From Dehalococcoidia bacterium (GTDB taxonomy: Bacteria; Chloroflexota; Dehalococcoidia; UBA2979), in assembly GCA_965219085.1 (NCBI GenBank), contig OZ244720.1, positions 2,592,001 through 2,656,000 of the forward strand: 64,000 nucleotides of DNA, given 5' to 3'. Within the stretch, counting starts at the first letter, position 1. Every line of letters begins with the position of its first letter. The notes under the pieces were generated by a model. It was not told the origin of the DNA. It saw only the letters and a list, made by a program, of their open reading frames with translations, and made no database searches. Positions 39,574 through 48,368 of the stretch are shown piece by piece. The translations under genes were made by a program, and so were the position numbers.

Positions 39574-41874
39574 ATGAGACCACTACTCGAACTCACGAAG
39601 CGCGCGGCGGCGGCCCTGCCAGGCGGGGCCGCCGCCGCGCGGGCGCCCGGAGCCGCCCGCGAGGCCACCTCGCCAGCGACCGAGACCGAAGCGGCCGTTC
39701 CGAAGCTCCCGCCCGGGCTGCCGGTCGCCTTCATGCTCTCCCACCTCGAGGAGGACGGGCCGGTGCGCCTCGATGGCGTCAAGCTCGGCGTCTGCGAGGT
39801 GCTCGGACTCGAGCTGGACGAGCCGAAGCTGGGGGCCTTCGCCGGCGCGCTCAACGCCTGCGACTTCCCGCTCCAACTGCTCGTGCGCCAGCACCCGCCC
39901 GGCCTCGGGAAGCTCCGCGAGGACCTCGAGGAGTCACAGCCGGAGGATCTGCCCCCGCGGACGGAGGCTGCCGCGGGCTCGCTGCGGCGGCTGCTCGCCG
40001 AGCTGGAGCGCCGCGACGGCATCCTCGACCGCCGCTTCTACGCCGTCTGCGAGTTCGAGCGGATTGGCGAGCTGCGGGGCCTGCTGGCGCGGGCCGGACT
40101 CTCCGTCCACCCGCTCGAGGGCCGCCAGTTGCGCATGCTGCTGCTGGCGTCGGCGCTCGGCGGCTCGCCCCGCGAGATCGACGAGGACACGCCCACCGAC
40201 GTCACGGTCAACCGCCGTGACATCCGCATCGGCGATCGCCTCGTGCGCTCCCTGCATCTCGGCAAGTGGCCGCGCTCGCTCTCCCCCGGCTTCCTCCAGA
40301 ACCTGATGTCCACGGGCGCGCCCATGGACCTCTCCCTCCACCTCGGCCCGATCCCCGCCGCGCAGGCAGCGCGCACGCTGGAGTGGCAGAAGGTGCGCTT
40401 CGAGTCGGCGCAGAGCCTCTCCTTCAAGCGGGGGCGCTCGATGTCGTCGGAGGCGGAGATCGCCCTCGAGGATGTGATGCGCCTCCGAGACGAGGTGCAG
40501 CGTGGCAGGGAGCGGCTCTTCCACGCGTCCCTCTCCGTCACGCTCCATGCTGACGACGAGGAGTCGCTCAAGGAGCTGACGCAGCGCGCGAAGGCGCACT
40601 TCGCGGCCTCGCTCGGCAAGCTCGACGCGCTTCCGTTCCGCCAGCGTGAGGGGCTGCTCTCGACGCTCCCGCTCGCGCTCAACGCCGTCGCCGTCTGGCG
40701 CACGCTCGACACCTCGTCGCTGGCGCGCCTGTACCCCTTCTCCCCGCCCGACCTCGACACCCGCGGCGGCAGCCTCTACGGCATCGACATGCGGGCCTCG
40801 TCGCCCGTCGTCTACGACCCCTGGGACGGCACCCACCTCAACGCCAACACGGCGGTGCTCGCGCGCTCGGGCTCGGGCAAGTCCTTCGCAACCAAGCTGG
40901 GCGTGCTGCGCGGCCTCTGCCGCGGTGTCACCGCCTACGTGATCGACCCCGAGGGCGAGTACGCCGACATGGCCCGCGCCGCGGGCGGACGCGTGCTCTC
41001 GCCGGGCGTCGCTGGCGAAGGGATGAACCCCTTCGTTATCGACTCGGGCGACCCCGAGGAGCTACTGCTGCGCATCGGCAGCCTCAGGCGGCTGATCGAG
41101 GTGATGATCGGGGAGTCCCTCGGCGCCGAGCGGCGCGCCGCCCTCGACCACGCCCTCGCCGCCTACTACGCACAGCCGCGCGAGCGCACCGGCTTCGGCG
41201 ACTTTTTCACGTTCCTGAAGGGCGACGAGGCCGACGGCGATCCCGGCCTCGCCAGGCTGCTGCGCCCCTTCGCCACGGGCAGCCTGCGCCACCTGCTCAC
41301 CGACGAGGGTGACGACCTGCTCACCAACGAGGCGCTGGTGACGGTCTTCGACCTGCGGCTGCTGGAGCCGGAGCTGCGCCCCGCCGCGGCGATGGTCTGC
41401 ACCGAGACGGTCTGGGCCGCTGCCGCGCGCGACCCGAAGCCCCGGCTGCTCGTGGTCGACGAGGTGTGGTCGATCATGCAGCACCCCGAGGGCGCGGCCT
41501 TCATGGTCTCGATGGCGAAGCGGGCGCGGAAGCACCGCCTGGGTTTGCAGTTCATCACCCAGGATGTGCAGGACCTGCTCTCCGAGGACCCCTCGCGCGC
41601 CATCACCGGCCACAGCGGGCGCGCTCTGCTCCAGAACGCCGCCTTCAAGCTCCTGCTCCAGCAGGACGCCGCCGCCATCTCAACCGTCGGCGACGCCTTC
41701 GACCTCCCACAGGACCTGCAGCGCTGGCTGCTCTCGTGCCCTCGTGGTGACGGCCTCCTGCTCGCCCGAGGCAACCGCTTCCCGATCCGCATCGAGGCGA
41801 CGCCCGAGGAGGCGGAAGTGATCGAGTGGCGGCCGGGCTCGCACCACCGCAAGGGGGCTGCGGCCAGCGAGTGA
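39574..41874 (+). CDS. virB4: VirB4-family conjugation ATPase
   Basis: ARSGSGKS, IDPEGEY, VVDEVW, KRARKH, ITQ motifs. Confidence 0.9.
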   Translation: MRPLLELTKRAAAALPGGAAAARAPGAAREATSPATETEAAVPKLPPGLPVAFMLSHLEEDGPVRLDGVKLGVCEVLGLELDEPKLGAFAGALNACDFPLQLLVRQHPPGLGKLREDLEESQPEDLPPRTEAAAGSLRRLLAELERRDGILDRRFYAVCEFERIGELRGLLARAGLSVHPLEGRQLRMLLLASALGGSPREIDEDTPTDVTVNRRDIRIGDRLVRSLHLGKWPRSLSPGFLQNLMSTGAPMDLSLHLGPIPAAQAARTLEWQKVRFESAQSLSFKRGRSMSSEAEIALEDVMRLRDEVQRGRERLFHASLSVTLHADDEESLKELTQRAKAHFAASLGKLDALPFRQREGLLSTLPLALNAVAVWRTLDTSSLARLYPFSPPDLDTRGGSLYGIDMRASSPVVYDPWDGTHLNANTAVLARSGSGKSFATKLGVLRGLCRGVTAYVIDPEGEYADMARAAGGRVLSPGVAGEGMNPFVIDSGDPEELLLRIGSLRRLIEVMIGESLGAERRAALDHALAAYYAQPRERTGFGDFFTFLKGDEADGDPGLARLLRPFATGSLRHLLTDEGDDLLTNEALVTVFDLRLLEPELRPAAAMVCTETVWAAAARDPKPRLLVVDEVWSIMQHPEGAAFMVSMAKRARKHRLGLQFITQDVQDLLSEDPSRAITGHSGRALLQNAAFKLLLQQDAAAISTVGDAFDLPQDLQRWLLSCPRGDGLLLARGNRFPIRIEATPEEAEVIEWRPGSHHRKGAAASE

Positions 41875-41932
41875 CGACCCCTCGGAACCATCAGCCCCAA
41901 CCAACACAGCAACCACGAAAGGGACCCCGGCC

Positions 41933-44539
41933 ATGCGATTCAATCCATTCAAGACCATCCCCAATCGCGAGCCCGTGCTGCTGGCGGTGACGCCGCCGCG
42001 CACGGGCGAGCGCACGCTGCTCGGCGTCGAGAACCTGCTCGGCTCGATCGCCGTGCCCGAGCCCTTTTCGCTCGAACTCGCGGGCGGCGCCGACGGCGTC
42101 ACCCTGCTGGCGCGCTGCCTCGGCGAGCAGGTCGTGCGCGGCCAGATCGCCGCCCACTATCCCCAGGCACGCATCCACCAGCTCCAGCCCGAAGAGGATC
42201 CGCTCCGGCTCCGCGGGGGCGAGCAGGCCTGGAGCATGACCCTGCGCCCGAGCGGACCCGAGTACCTGCCCCTGCGCCTCTTCCGCGACGACGACCTGCT
42301 CGACGCGGGCTCCGACCCGATCCTCGCCCTGCTCGGCGCGCTCTCCGACCTCGAGGAGGACGAGCGCGTCGTCGCGCGGCTGCGGCTGCGCTCGCTCGGT
42401 CCCGACTGGTCGCGGCAGCACCAGGTCAGGGCGCACGAGCGGCCCCAGCCGGAGCGGACCGACTCCTACCAGATCAGCGAGTCGCGCCGCCACCGCGTCG
42501 AGATCGCGGGGGTGGCCGTCCTCGGTGCCGCCGTCGCCGGCGCTGCCCAGGGCTACCGCTGGTGGCAGGCGGGCGAGCAGTGGAAGACGGTCGCGCTCGG
42601 GGCGGGCATCGCCCTCACGCTCGGTGTGGCCGGCTGGGCCTGGGCGCGCTGGCAGCGCGCCCGCAACCGCGTCGTCGACCCCCTCCTGGTCAAGGAGAAG
42701 GTCTCGCGCATCGCCTTCGAGGCGGAGATCGAGGCCGTCGCCGTGCTGCCCGCCGGCGGCACCGAGGAGCGCGCGCGCGACCTGCTCGAGCCGGTGGCGG
42801 CCGCCTACCGCCACTACGACCACCCCGCGGGCGCGCGCCTGCAGGCGGGCGAGGTGCAGCCGCTGATCCCGGACCCGGCGGCGCTGCATCCCTCCCCGCC
42901 CGGCCTCTTCCGGGGGCGCAGCGTGCTCGGCGTGCGCGAGGCGGCGGCGCTCTGGCATCCGCCCGGCGCCGGGGACGAGACGCCGCTCGTCTCCCGTTCC
43001 GGGGCGAAGGTGCTGCTCCCCACGGCGCGCAGCGTCAGGGGCGGGGCGCTCGTCGGCGAGACCACGGCGGGGAGCCCCCGCGAGATCCATTTCCCCGACG
43101 ACCTGCTGCGCCGCCATCACCTCTACGTGGCGCGCACGCGCATGGGCAAGTCGACGCTCATGCAGCACCTCGTTACCCACAGGCTGCGGGAGAAGGCGGC
43201 AGGGGTCGGCGGCGACGCGATCGTCGTCGTCGACCCCCACGCCGACCTCGTCGCCGGCATCCTCGAGCACGTCCCCGAGTCCCTGGTTGGCTCCGTGCGC
43301 CTCGTCGACCTCGCGGGCAGCGGCGGCTACCCCGGCATCAACCTGCTCGACACGCACGTCTTCGCCGACCGCGACCGCACCGCCGACTCGGTCGTGCGCG
43401 TCGCGCGGGGGCTCTGGGAGCAGTGGGGGCCGCGCATGCAGTCGATCCTCGAGCAGACGGTGAAGACGCTGCACGAAGCTAACGCCCACCCCGACACGGC
43501 GGCCGAGGAGCAGAGCACCATCCTCGATGGGCTGCGCCTCCTGTCCGACGACGGCTTCCGCAGCCACGTCCTGGAGCGGGTCTCCGACCCCTTCCTGCTC
43601 GACTGGTGGGCGCGAGACTTCGGTGGCTGGCGGCGCGAGTACCGCGCCGAGGCGCTGGCGCCGGTCCAGACGCGCCTCTCCTACTACGCCTCCTCGAAGC
43701 GGGCGCGAGCGATCCTCGGCCAGGCGCGGTCCACCATCGACCTGCGCCGCACCATCCTCGACGGGGGCGTGCTGCTCGTCTCCACCGCGCAGGGCACCGC
43801 CGGGCGCGACGTCGCCGCGCTCGTGGGCGCGTCGATCCTCAACCTCGTCGATGCCGTCATCCGCGAGCAGGGCGAGCTGCCCCCGGAGCGCAGGCGCGGC
43901 GCGCTCGTCGTCGTCGACGAGATGCAGTCGATGCCGGGCGTCGACTACGAGTCGATGCTCTCGGAGCTGGGCAAGTTCGGGGCCAGCTTCGTGCTCGCCA
44001 CGCAGAGCCTCGCCAAGCTCGCCGATCTCTCACCGACGATGCGCGACACGCTGCTCGCCAACGTGGGCTGTCTCGCCATCTTCCAGGTGGCCGGCTCCGA
44101 CGCGCGCCAGCTCGTCTGGGAGCTCGACCGCGACCGCGTCTCCGAGGAGGATGTCGTCTCCCTGCCCGCGCACCACTGCTACGTGCGCGCGACCGTGGGA
44201 ACGCAGCGCATGCCCGCCTTCTCCATGGAAGTGCGCAAGCCCGACGGAGGCGACCCGGGGCGGGCCTCCCGCATCCGCGCGGACGCGGCGTCCTACCTGC
44301 TGACGGAGGAGGAGATCGCCGCCCGCCAGGCGGAGGGCCGCCGTCGCGTGGAGCAGTGGCGCGAGGCCGGCGAGGCGCTTCGCAACGGCGATGGTTCCGG
44401 GCCGGACGCGGACGCTGCTCCGGGGGAGGGCTCCGATCCGGGCACGGGCGACACCTCCGGGGAAGCAGAGCGCGGGAAGCAGTCGCGCAGCAAGCACTTC
44501 CAGCCGCCCGGCCGCAACTCCGGGAAGGCTGAGCAGTGA
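41933..44539 (+). CDS. virD4: Type IV coupling protein (VirD4/TraD-like)
   Basis: Two TM helices, ARTRMGKST, VDPHADL, VVDEMQ, LATQSL. Confidence 0.85.
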   Translation: MRFNPFKTIPNREPVLLAVTPPRTGERTLLGVENLLGSIAVPEPFSLELAGGADGVTLLARCLGEQVVRGQIAAHYPQARIHQLQPEEDPLRLRGGEQAWSMTLRPSGPEYLPLRLFRDDDLLDAGSDPILALLGALSDLEEDERVVARLRLRSLGPDWSRQHQVRAHERPQPERTDSYQISESRRHRVEIAGVAVLGAAVAGAAQGYRWWQAGEQWKTVALGAGIALTLGVAGWAWARWQRARNRVVDPLLVKEKVSRIAFEAEIEAVAVLPAGGTEERARDLLEPVAAAYRHYDHPAGARLQAGEVQPLIPDPAALHPSPPGLFRGRSVLGVREAAALWHPPGAGDETPLVSRSGAKVLLPTARSVRGGALVGETTAGSPREIHFPDDLLRRHHLYVARTRMGKSTLMQHLVTHRLREKAAGVGGDAIVVVDPHADLVAGILEHVPESLVGSVRLVDLAGSGGYPGINLLDTHVFADRDRTADSVVRVARGLWEQWGPRMQSILEQTVKTLHEANAHPDTAAEEQSTILDGLRLLSDDGFRSHVLERVSDPFLLDWWARDFGGWRREYRAEALAPVQTRLSYYASSKRARAILGQARSTIDLRRTILDGGVLLVSTAQGTAGRDVAALVGASILNLVDAVIREQGELPPERRRGALVVVDEMQSMPGVDYESMLSELGKFGASFVLATQSLAKLADLSPTMRDTLLANVGCLAIFQVAGSDARQLVWELDRDRVSEEDVVSLPAHHCYVRATVGTQRMPAFSMEVRKPDGGDPGRASRIRADAASYLLTEEEIAARQAEGRRRVEQWREAGEALRNGDGSGPDADAAPGEGSDPGTGDTSGEAERGKQSRSKHFQPPGRNSGKAEQ

Positions 44540-46146
44540 GGCCGGAGCGCGACCTGCTGCGCCTGCTTGCGGAGATGCCCTTCCTCGACCGGCTGGAGGC
44601 GGCCGCCGTCTCCGGTTGGTCGCGGGGCGCGGTCTACGCCGCGGTGGCCAAGCTGGAGCGTGAGGGGATGGCCGCGGCCGTCCCCCACGCCTCGGAGTTC
44701 ATCGCCCCGACGCAGCGCTACTCCCTCACGGCAGCCGGGCTGCGGCGCCTCGCGGACGCCGAGGGGACCGCCGTGGAGCAGGTGCTGCGCTCGCGGCCGG
44801 TCTCGGGGCGCTCGCGGCGCATCCTGCTGGAGCGTCTCGACGGCGTGGCCGTCACCTACCGCCTCGCCTCGGCGATCGCCGACGCGGCCTGGCCGATCCG
44901 CCTGCGCTGGTACCGGGCGGCACCAATGGACGCCGCCATCGCGCTCCCCGGCGGGCGCACCCTCGCGATCGTCCGCCAGGGCCGCACGACCGAGCGCACG
45001 GCCTTCGCCAAGCGCCTCTGGCGGCTGCGCGAGGGGCCGCGCCCGGGCGCCTACCTGCTGCTTGCACCCGACGGTGTGCGCCTGCGCCGTCTCGCCCGCC
45101 TCATGGCGGAGGCGGGGACGGTCAGCTTCCTCGCGCTGGAGCGCGACGCGGCCGCGGCGCGTGCGGGCGCGCGCATCTGGCGCACTGCGTCCGGGTCGCC
45201 CGCGCTCTCGCTGGACGAAGCGCTCGCCCTCGTCGGGCCGGGCGGCGCCTGGCCCGGCGAGCAGCCGTTGGCGCGGGTCGCGTTGCCTTCCCCGCTGCCG
45301 GACACGGAGCACGGCGCGCTCCCGCTCTGGATGCTCCCCTCCGAGCTGACGCCCGTGGACAAGCGCGCCCTCGGCCTGCTCGCCGACTGGTCCTGGCTTG
45401 CCCGCGAGCCGCTGGGCGCGCTCCTCGGCGTGGGGCGCACGCGGCTGTCGGGCGTGCTCGGGCGGCTGGACGGGCTCGGCCTCGTCCGCGCCCCGCGCGA
45501 CGGCCGGCTCGCGCTCTCGGACCGCGGGCTGGCGCTGCTCGCGCGCCGCGACCGCGCCTCGGAGGGGGACGCGAGGCGGCGCTGGAGCGCGGCGCCGCTG
45601 GACCCGCGGGCGCCGCTCGCCTGGCGCAACGTCTCCGGCAGGCGCAGCCGCCAGCTCCTTCGCAACCTCGACCACACCGCGGCCGTGCACGGCTTCCTCG
45701 CGGCGCTGACGGCGCAGGCGCGTGAGCGCGGCTGGGAGGTGGCGCAGCTCGACCCGCCCCACCGCGCGTCGCGCTACTTCCGCCACGGCGGCGGCCTGCG
45801 CTCCGTCCACCCCGACGCCTTCGGTGTCCTCCGCCGCGGCGATGCCACACGGGCCTTCTTCCTCGAGTGGGAGCGCCGCGCCGTGCGGCCCTCCACGATG
45901 GCCGCCCGCCTCGCCCCCTACCTGCGCTACTACGCCTCGCAGCGCCCCACCGACGACCACGGCGTCCGCCCCGCCGTGCTGGTCGTCTTCGACGACGAAC
46001 TCGCCGCCCACCACTTCCTGCGCGTCGCGCGGAGGGAGCTGGACCGCGCCCGCGTCGAGTTGCCCCTGCGCGTCTCGCACCGCGCGCTCATCGAACGGGA
46101 AGGGCCGCTCGAGTGCCGCTGGCGCTCTCCCGCAGGCGGCTCCTGA
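44536..46146 (+). CDS. Replic_Relax (MOBC-like) relaxase of the ICE
   Basis: HPDAFG...FLEWERRAVRPSTMAARLAPY; GTGA-coupled to the coupling protein. Confidence 0.82.
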   Translation: MRPERDLLRLLAEMPFLDRLEAAAVSGWSRGAVYAAVAKLEREGMAAAVPHASEFIAPTQRYSLTAAGLRRLADAEGTAVEQVLRSRPVSGRSRRILLERLDGVAVTYRLASAIADAAWPIRLRWYRAAPMDAAIALPGGRTLAIVRQGRTTERTAFAKRLWRLREGPRPGAYLLLAPDGVRLRRLARLMAEAGTVSFLALERDAAAARAGARIWRTASGSPALSLDEALALVGPGGAWPGEQPLARVALPSPLPDTEHGALPLWMLPSELTPVDKRALGLLADWSWLAREPLGALLGVGRTRLSGVLGRLDGLGLVRAPRDGRLALSDRGLALLARRDRASEGDARRRWSAAPLDPRAPLAWRNVSGRRSRQLLRNLDHTAAVHGFLAALTAQARERGWEVAQLDPPHRASRYFRHGGGLRSVHPDAFGVLRRGDATRAFFLEWERRAVRPSTMAARLAPYLRYYASQRPTDDHGVRPAVLVVFDDELAAHHFLRVARRELDRARVELPLRVSHRALIEREGPLECRWRSPAGGS

Positions 46147-46271
46147 CCACGCCCAGAGCGTTCCCGCTCGCCACCTGGCCGCACGGATCGACCGCCGCGC
46201 GCGGGGCCTCGGCGCACGCGGCCGGGCGGCCGGCGGCAGGGGGTTACGCTAGACGGGGCAGTGCATGGGTA

Positions 46272-46290
46272 AGAACTGGCGTTCTATGAT
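46272..46290 (+). promoter_or_regulatory. Perfect SOS-box-like palindrome AGAAC-TGGC-GTTCT overlapping a TATGAT -10 element
   Basis: Read directly, just upstream of the XRE gene. Confidence 0.7.
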
Positions 46291-46322
46291 GGATCGGGCG
46301 GGGCCGGCCGAGGAGCGCAGAC

Positions 46323-46691
46323 ATGACCGTCGACCACGGCTACCGCTGGAAGGAGTTCGGCGCCCGCATCCGCGCGGCCCGCGAGCGCGCCGGCTTCACG
46401 CAGAAGCGCCTCGGCGAGCTCGTCGGCGTGCGCGCGCACACCGTCTGGTGCTGGGAGGCGGGGCGGATGAAGCCCAACCACGCGAACCTCGCGGAAATCG
46501 CCTACCAGTGCGCGACGAGCGTGGCGCTGCTTGAGGGACGCGACGTGGTCGAGGCGGAGTTGCTGAGAGAAGCCGAAGTCTTGTTCCGCGACGCCGTCGC
46601 CGGCCTCCCCATGGAGGACATCGAGTCGATCCGCAACTACATCCGCTTCGTCAAGTCGGAGCGGCGCAGGCAACGCCGCGCCGGGAGCTGA
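46323..46691 (+). CDS. XRE-family transcriptional regulator
   Basis: IRAARERAGFTQKRLGELVGV...WEAG. Confidence 0.88.
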   Translation: MTVDHGYRWKEFGARIRAARERAGFTQKRLGELVGVRAHTVWCWEAGRMKPNHANLAEIAYQCATSVALLEGRDVVEAELLREAEVLFRDAVAGLPMEDIESIRNYIRFVKSERRRQRRAGS

Positions 46692-46722
46692 ACCGGGCGC
46701 AGCGGCGCGCGAGGGGCTGCCG

Positions 46723-47013
46723 CTACGCCGCCCGCCCGTCAGCCGCGGGCGGCGATTCCTCCTCCGAAGCCGATCCGGCGATGGCATGTCCCGCCGCCGT
46801 GAGGGTCACCGCGCGCGCCAGGCGGGGCGCACGCACGATCAGGCCCGCGCGCTCGCACGCGTCCAGCCAGTGCGCCACGTTGGAGGTGGAGGACAGCCCG
46901 GTCGCCGTCCTCAACTCGCGCACGCTCGGCGCATAGCCGTGCCTGGCCCGGTAGCGGGCGATCGCCCCGACCACCGCGCGCATCCGCTCCCGTCGCCGCC
47001 TCGAGGCGCTCAC
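46723..47013 (-). CDS. LexA N-terminal DNA-binding domain-only protein
   Basis: HGYAPSVREL...GLSSTSNVAHWL...GLIVR...RAV; no peptidase domain; GTGA overlap with upstream gene. Confidence 0.8.
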   Translation of the reverse strand: MSASRRRRERMRAVVGAIARYRARHGYAPSVRELRTATGLSSTSNVAHWLDACERAGLIVRAPRLARAVTLTAAGHAIAGSASEEESPPAADGRAA

Positions 47014-47393
47014 AGGGCGGCGCCCTTCGCGAGCGGCAGTGCCGCTCCCTGCCCGAACTCGCCGGGCGCGCCGCCGCGTACTGCCAGCTCCCACGAGCGG
47101 ACCAGACTCTCCGCTGGCGCCCCGGCCTCGTCGACGAGTAGCGCCGCGCCTGGCAGCAGGCAGGGCAGCAGGTTCCGTTCGAGGGCGAAGACGACCAGCG
47201 CGTAGAGATGGCCGGAATCGGGCGTCGTCCCGTTCCTCCAGCGCCGCAGCATGCGCGTGTCGACGCGCAGCGCGCGCGCCAGTCCCCGCCAGCTCAGCCC
47301 GGCCTCCCGCCGCAGGCGGTCGAGGCGCTCGGGGAAGTCCGGCGGAAAGCGTGACGGCTCAACGTGGTAGACGTGCTGCTGGCGGCGTCCCAT
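47010..47393 (-). CDS. XRE-like HTH protein
   Basis: DFPERLDRLRREAGLSWRGLARAL...RRWRNG. Confidence 0.8.
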   Translation of the reverse strand: MGRRQQHVYHVEPSRFPPDFPERLDRLRREAGLSWRGLARALRVDTRMLRRWRNGTTPDSGHLYALVVFALERNLLPCLLPGAALLVDEAGAPAESLVRSWELAVRGGAPGEFGQGAALPLAKGAAL

Positions 47394-47695
47394 CAGCGCC
47401 TCCGCTCCGGGCGCACGACGATCAGCTCCTCGCCCAGCAGTGCGCCCAGGCCCCCGGGCACCCGCGTCGCGAGCCGCACCAGCGAGAGCATCGCCCCGCC
47501 GCCGGGCGAGGCGCCCTGCCGCCAGCGCCAGAGCTGGCGGGGGTCCACGCCCAGGCAGACCGCCATCCGCTCCCAGGGCAGCCCGGTCAGTTCCTTGATC
47601 GCCACGAGCCGCGCCGCGAAGTCCTCGGGCAGGAGCGCCACGCCGGGCAGGAAGGCCGTCTCGGGGGCCGTCGGCGCCCTACTCATCGGGCTCAT
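47393..47695 (-). CDS. XRE-like HTH protein (start uncertain)
   Basis: DFAARLVAIKELTGLPWERMAVCLGV...WRWRQG; similar to neighbour. Confidence 0.78.
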   Translation of the reverse strand: MSPMSRAPTAPETAFLPGVALLPEDFAARLVAIKELTGLPWERMAVCLGVDPRQLWRWRQGASPGGGAMLSLVRLATRVPGGLGALLGEELIVVRPERRR

Positions 47696-47942
47696 CCTCG
47701 TCGGACTCATCGGGGTGCACCACGTAGAAGAGATCGTCGAAGCGCGCGTGCAGCACGCGCAGCATGCTCTCGCGCAGCCCGGCGGAGGCGCGCCGGCGCC
47801 CGTTCAGCACCAGCGAGATGTAGCCCGAGGAGCGGCCGACCGCTCGCGCGAAGCCGTTCTGCGTCAGGTTGAGGCGCACCATTCGCTCCCAGACGGCCTC
47901 GGCCCTGACCTCGACCGTGGGGCGGGCGACTCTACTCGGCAT
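47679..47942 (-). CDS. Cro/XRE-like HTH protein
   Basis: LTQNGFARAVGRSSGYISLVLNG...FDDLF. Confidence 0.8.
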   Translation of the reverse strand: MPSRVARPTVEVRAEAVWERMVRLNLTQNGFARAVGRSSGYISLVLNGRRRASAGLRESMLRVLHARFDDLFYVVHPDESDEDEPDE

Positions 47943-48138
47943 GCTCGCCCTCCCCGGCGGCCGCATCGCGGTCCGCTTCGTCGGACGGAAACGCGCCGTT
48001 GGGCCCCGTGCCGCCGCGGGCGGTCGAGGCGAGGTGGGCGCGCACGATCAGCCGCGCGAGGGCGCGCAGGCCGCGCAGCCGCTGCTCGTCCTGCTCCTTG
48101 GTGAGTTGCCGGGGGGTCGTCGTCCGGGGGGTTCGCAT
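47932..48138 (-). CDS. Small helical protein divergent from integrase (possible directionality factor)
   Basis: LTKEQDEQRLRGLRALARLI; paralog at 923..1105. Confidence 0.6.
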   Translation of the reverse strand: MRTPRTTTPRQLTKEQDEQRLRGLRALARLIVRAHLASTARGGTGPNGAFPSDEADRDAAAGEGEHAE

Positions 48139-48180
48139 CGTGGCATCCGCATGGCTGGTCTGGGGGAGTACCCCTGTGTA

Positions 48181-48308
48181 AGTACGTACGTTCTGTTATC
48201 GTGACAATAGCAGCGAGGCAGGCGCGCCGACAACGAGATCCGAGCCTAATTCGGCCCGGATCTCCTAAATCGCTTGCTGCAATGTGACAGAAGGCGAACA
48301 ACTGTACG
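48181..48308. promoter_or_regulatory. Two SOS-box-like sites in the integrase/regulator divergent promoter
   Basis: AGTAC-GTAC-GTTCT at 48181-48194; CGAAC-AACT-GTACG at 48295-48308. Confidence 0.6.
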
Positions 48309-48368
48309 CCTCGGCGCGCTACCATGTGACCAGCGAACACAGACTCCCCGCCTGTCAGGAAGCGACCG

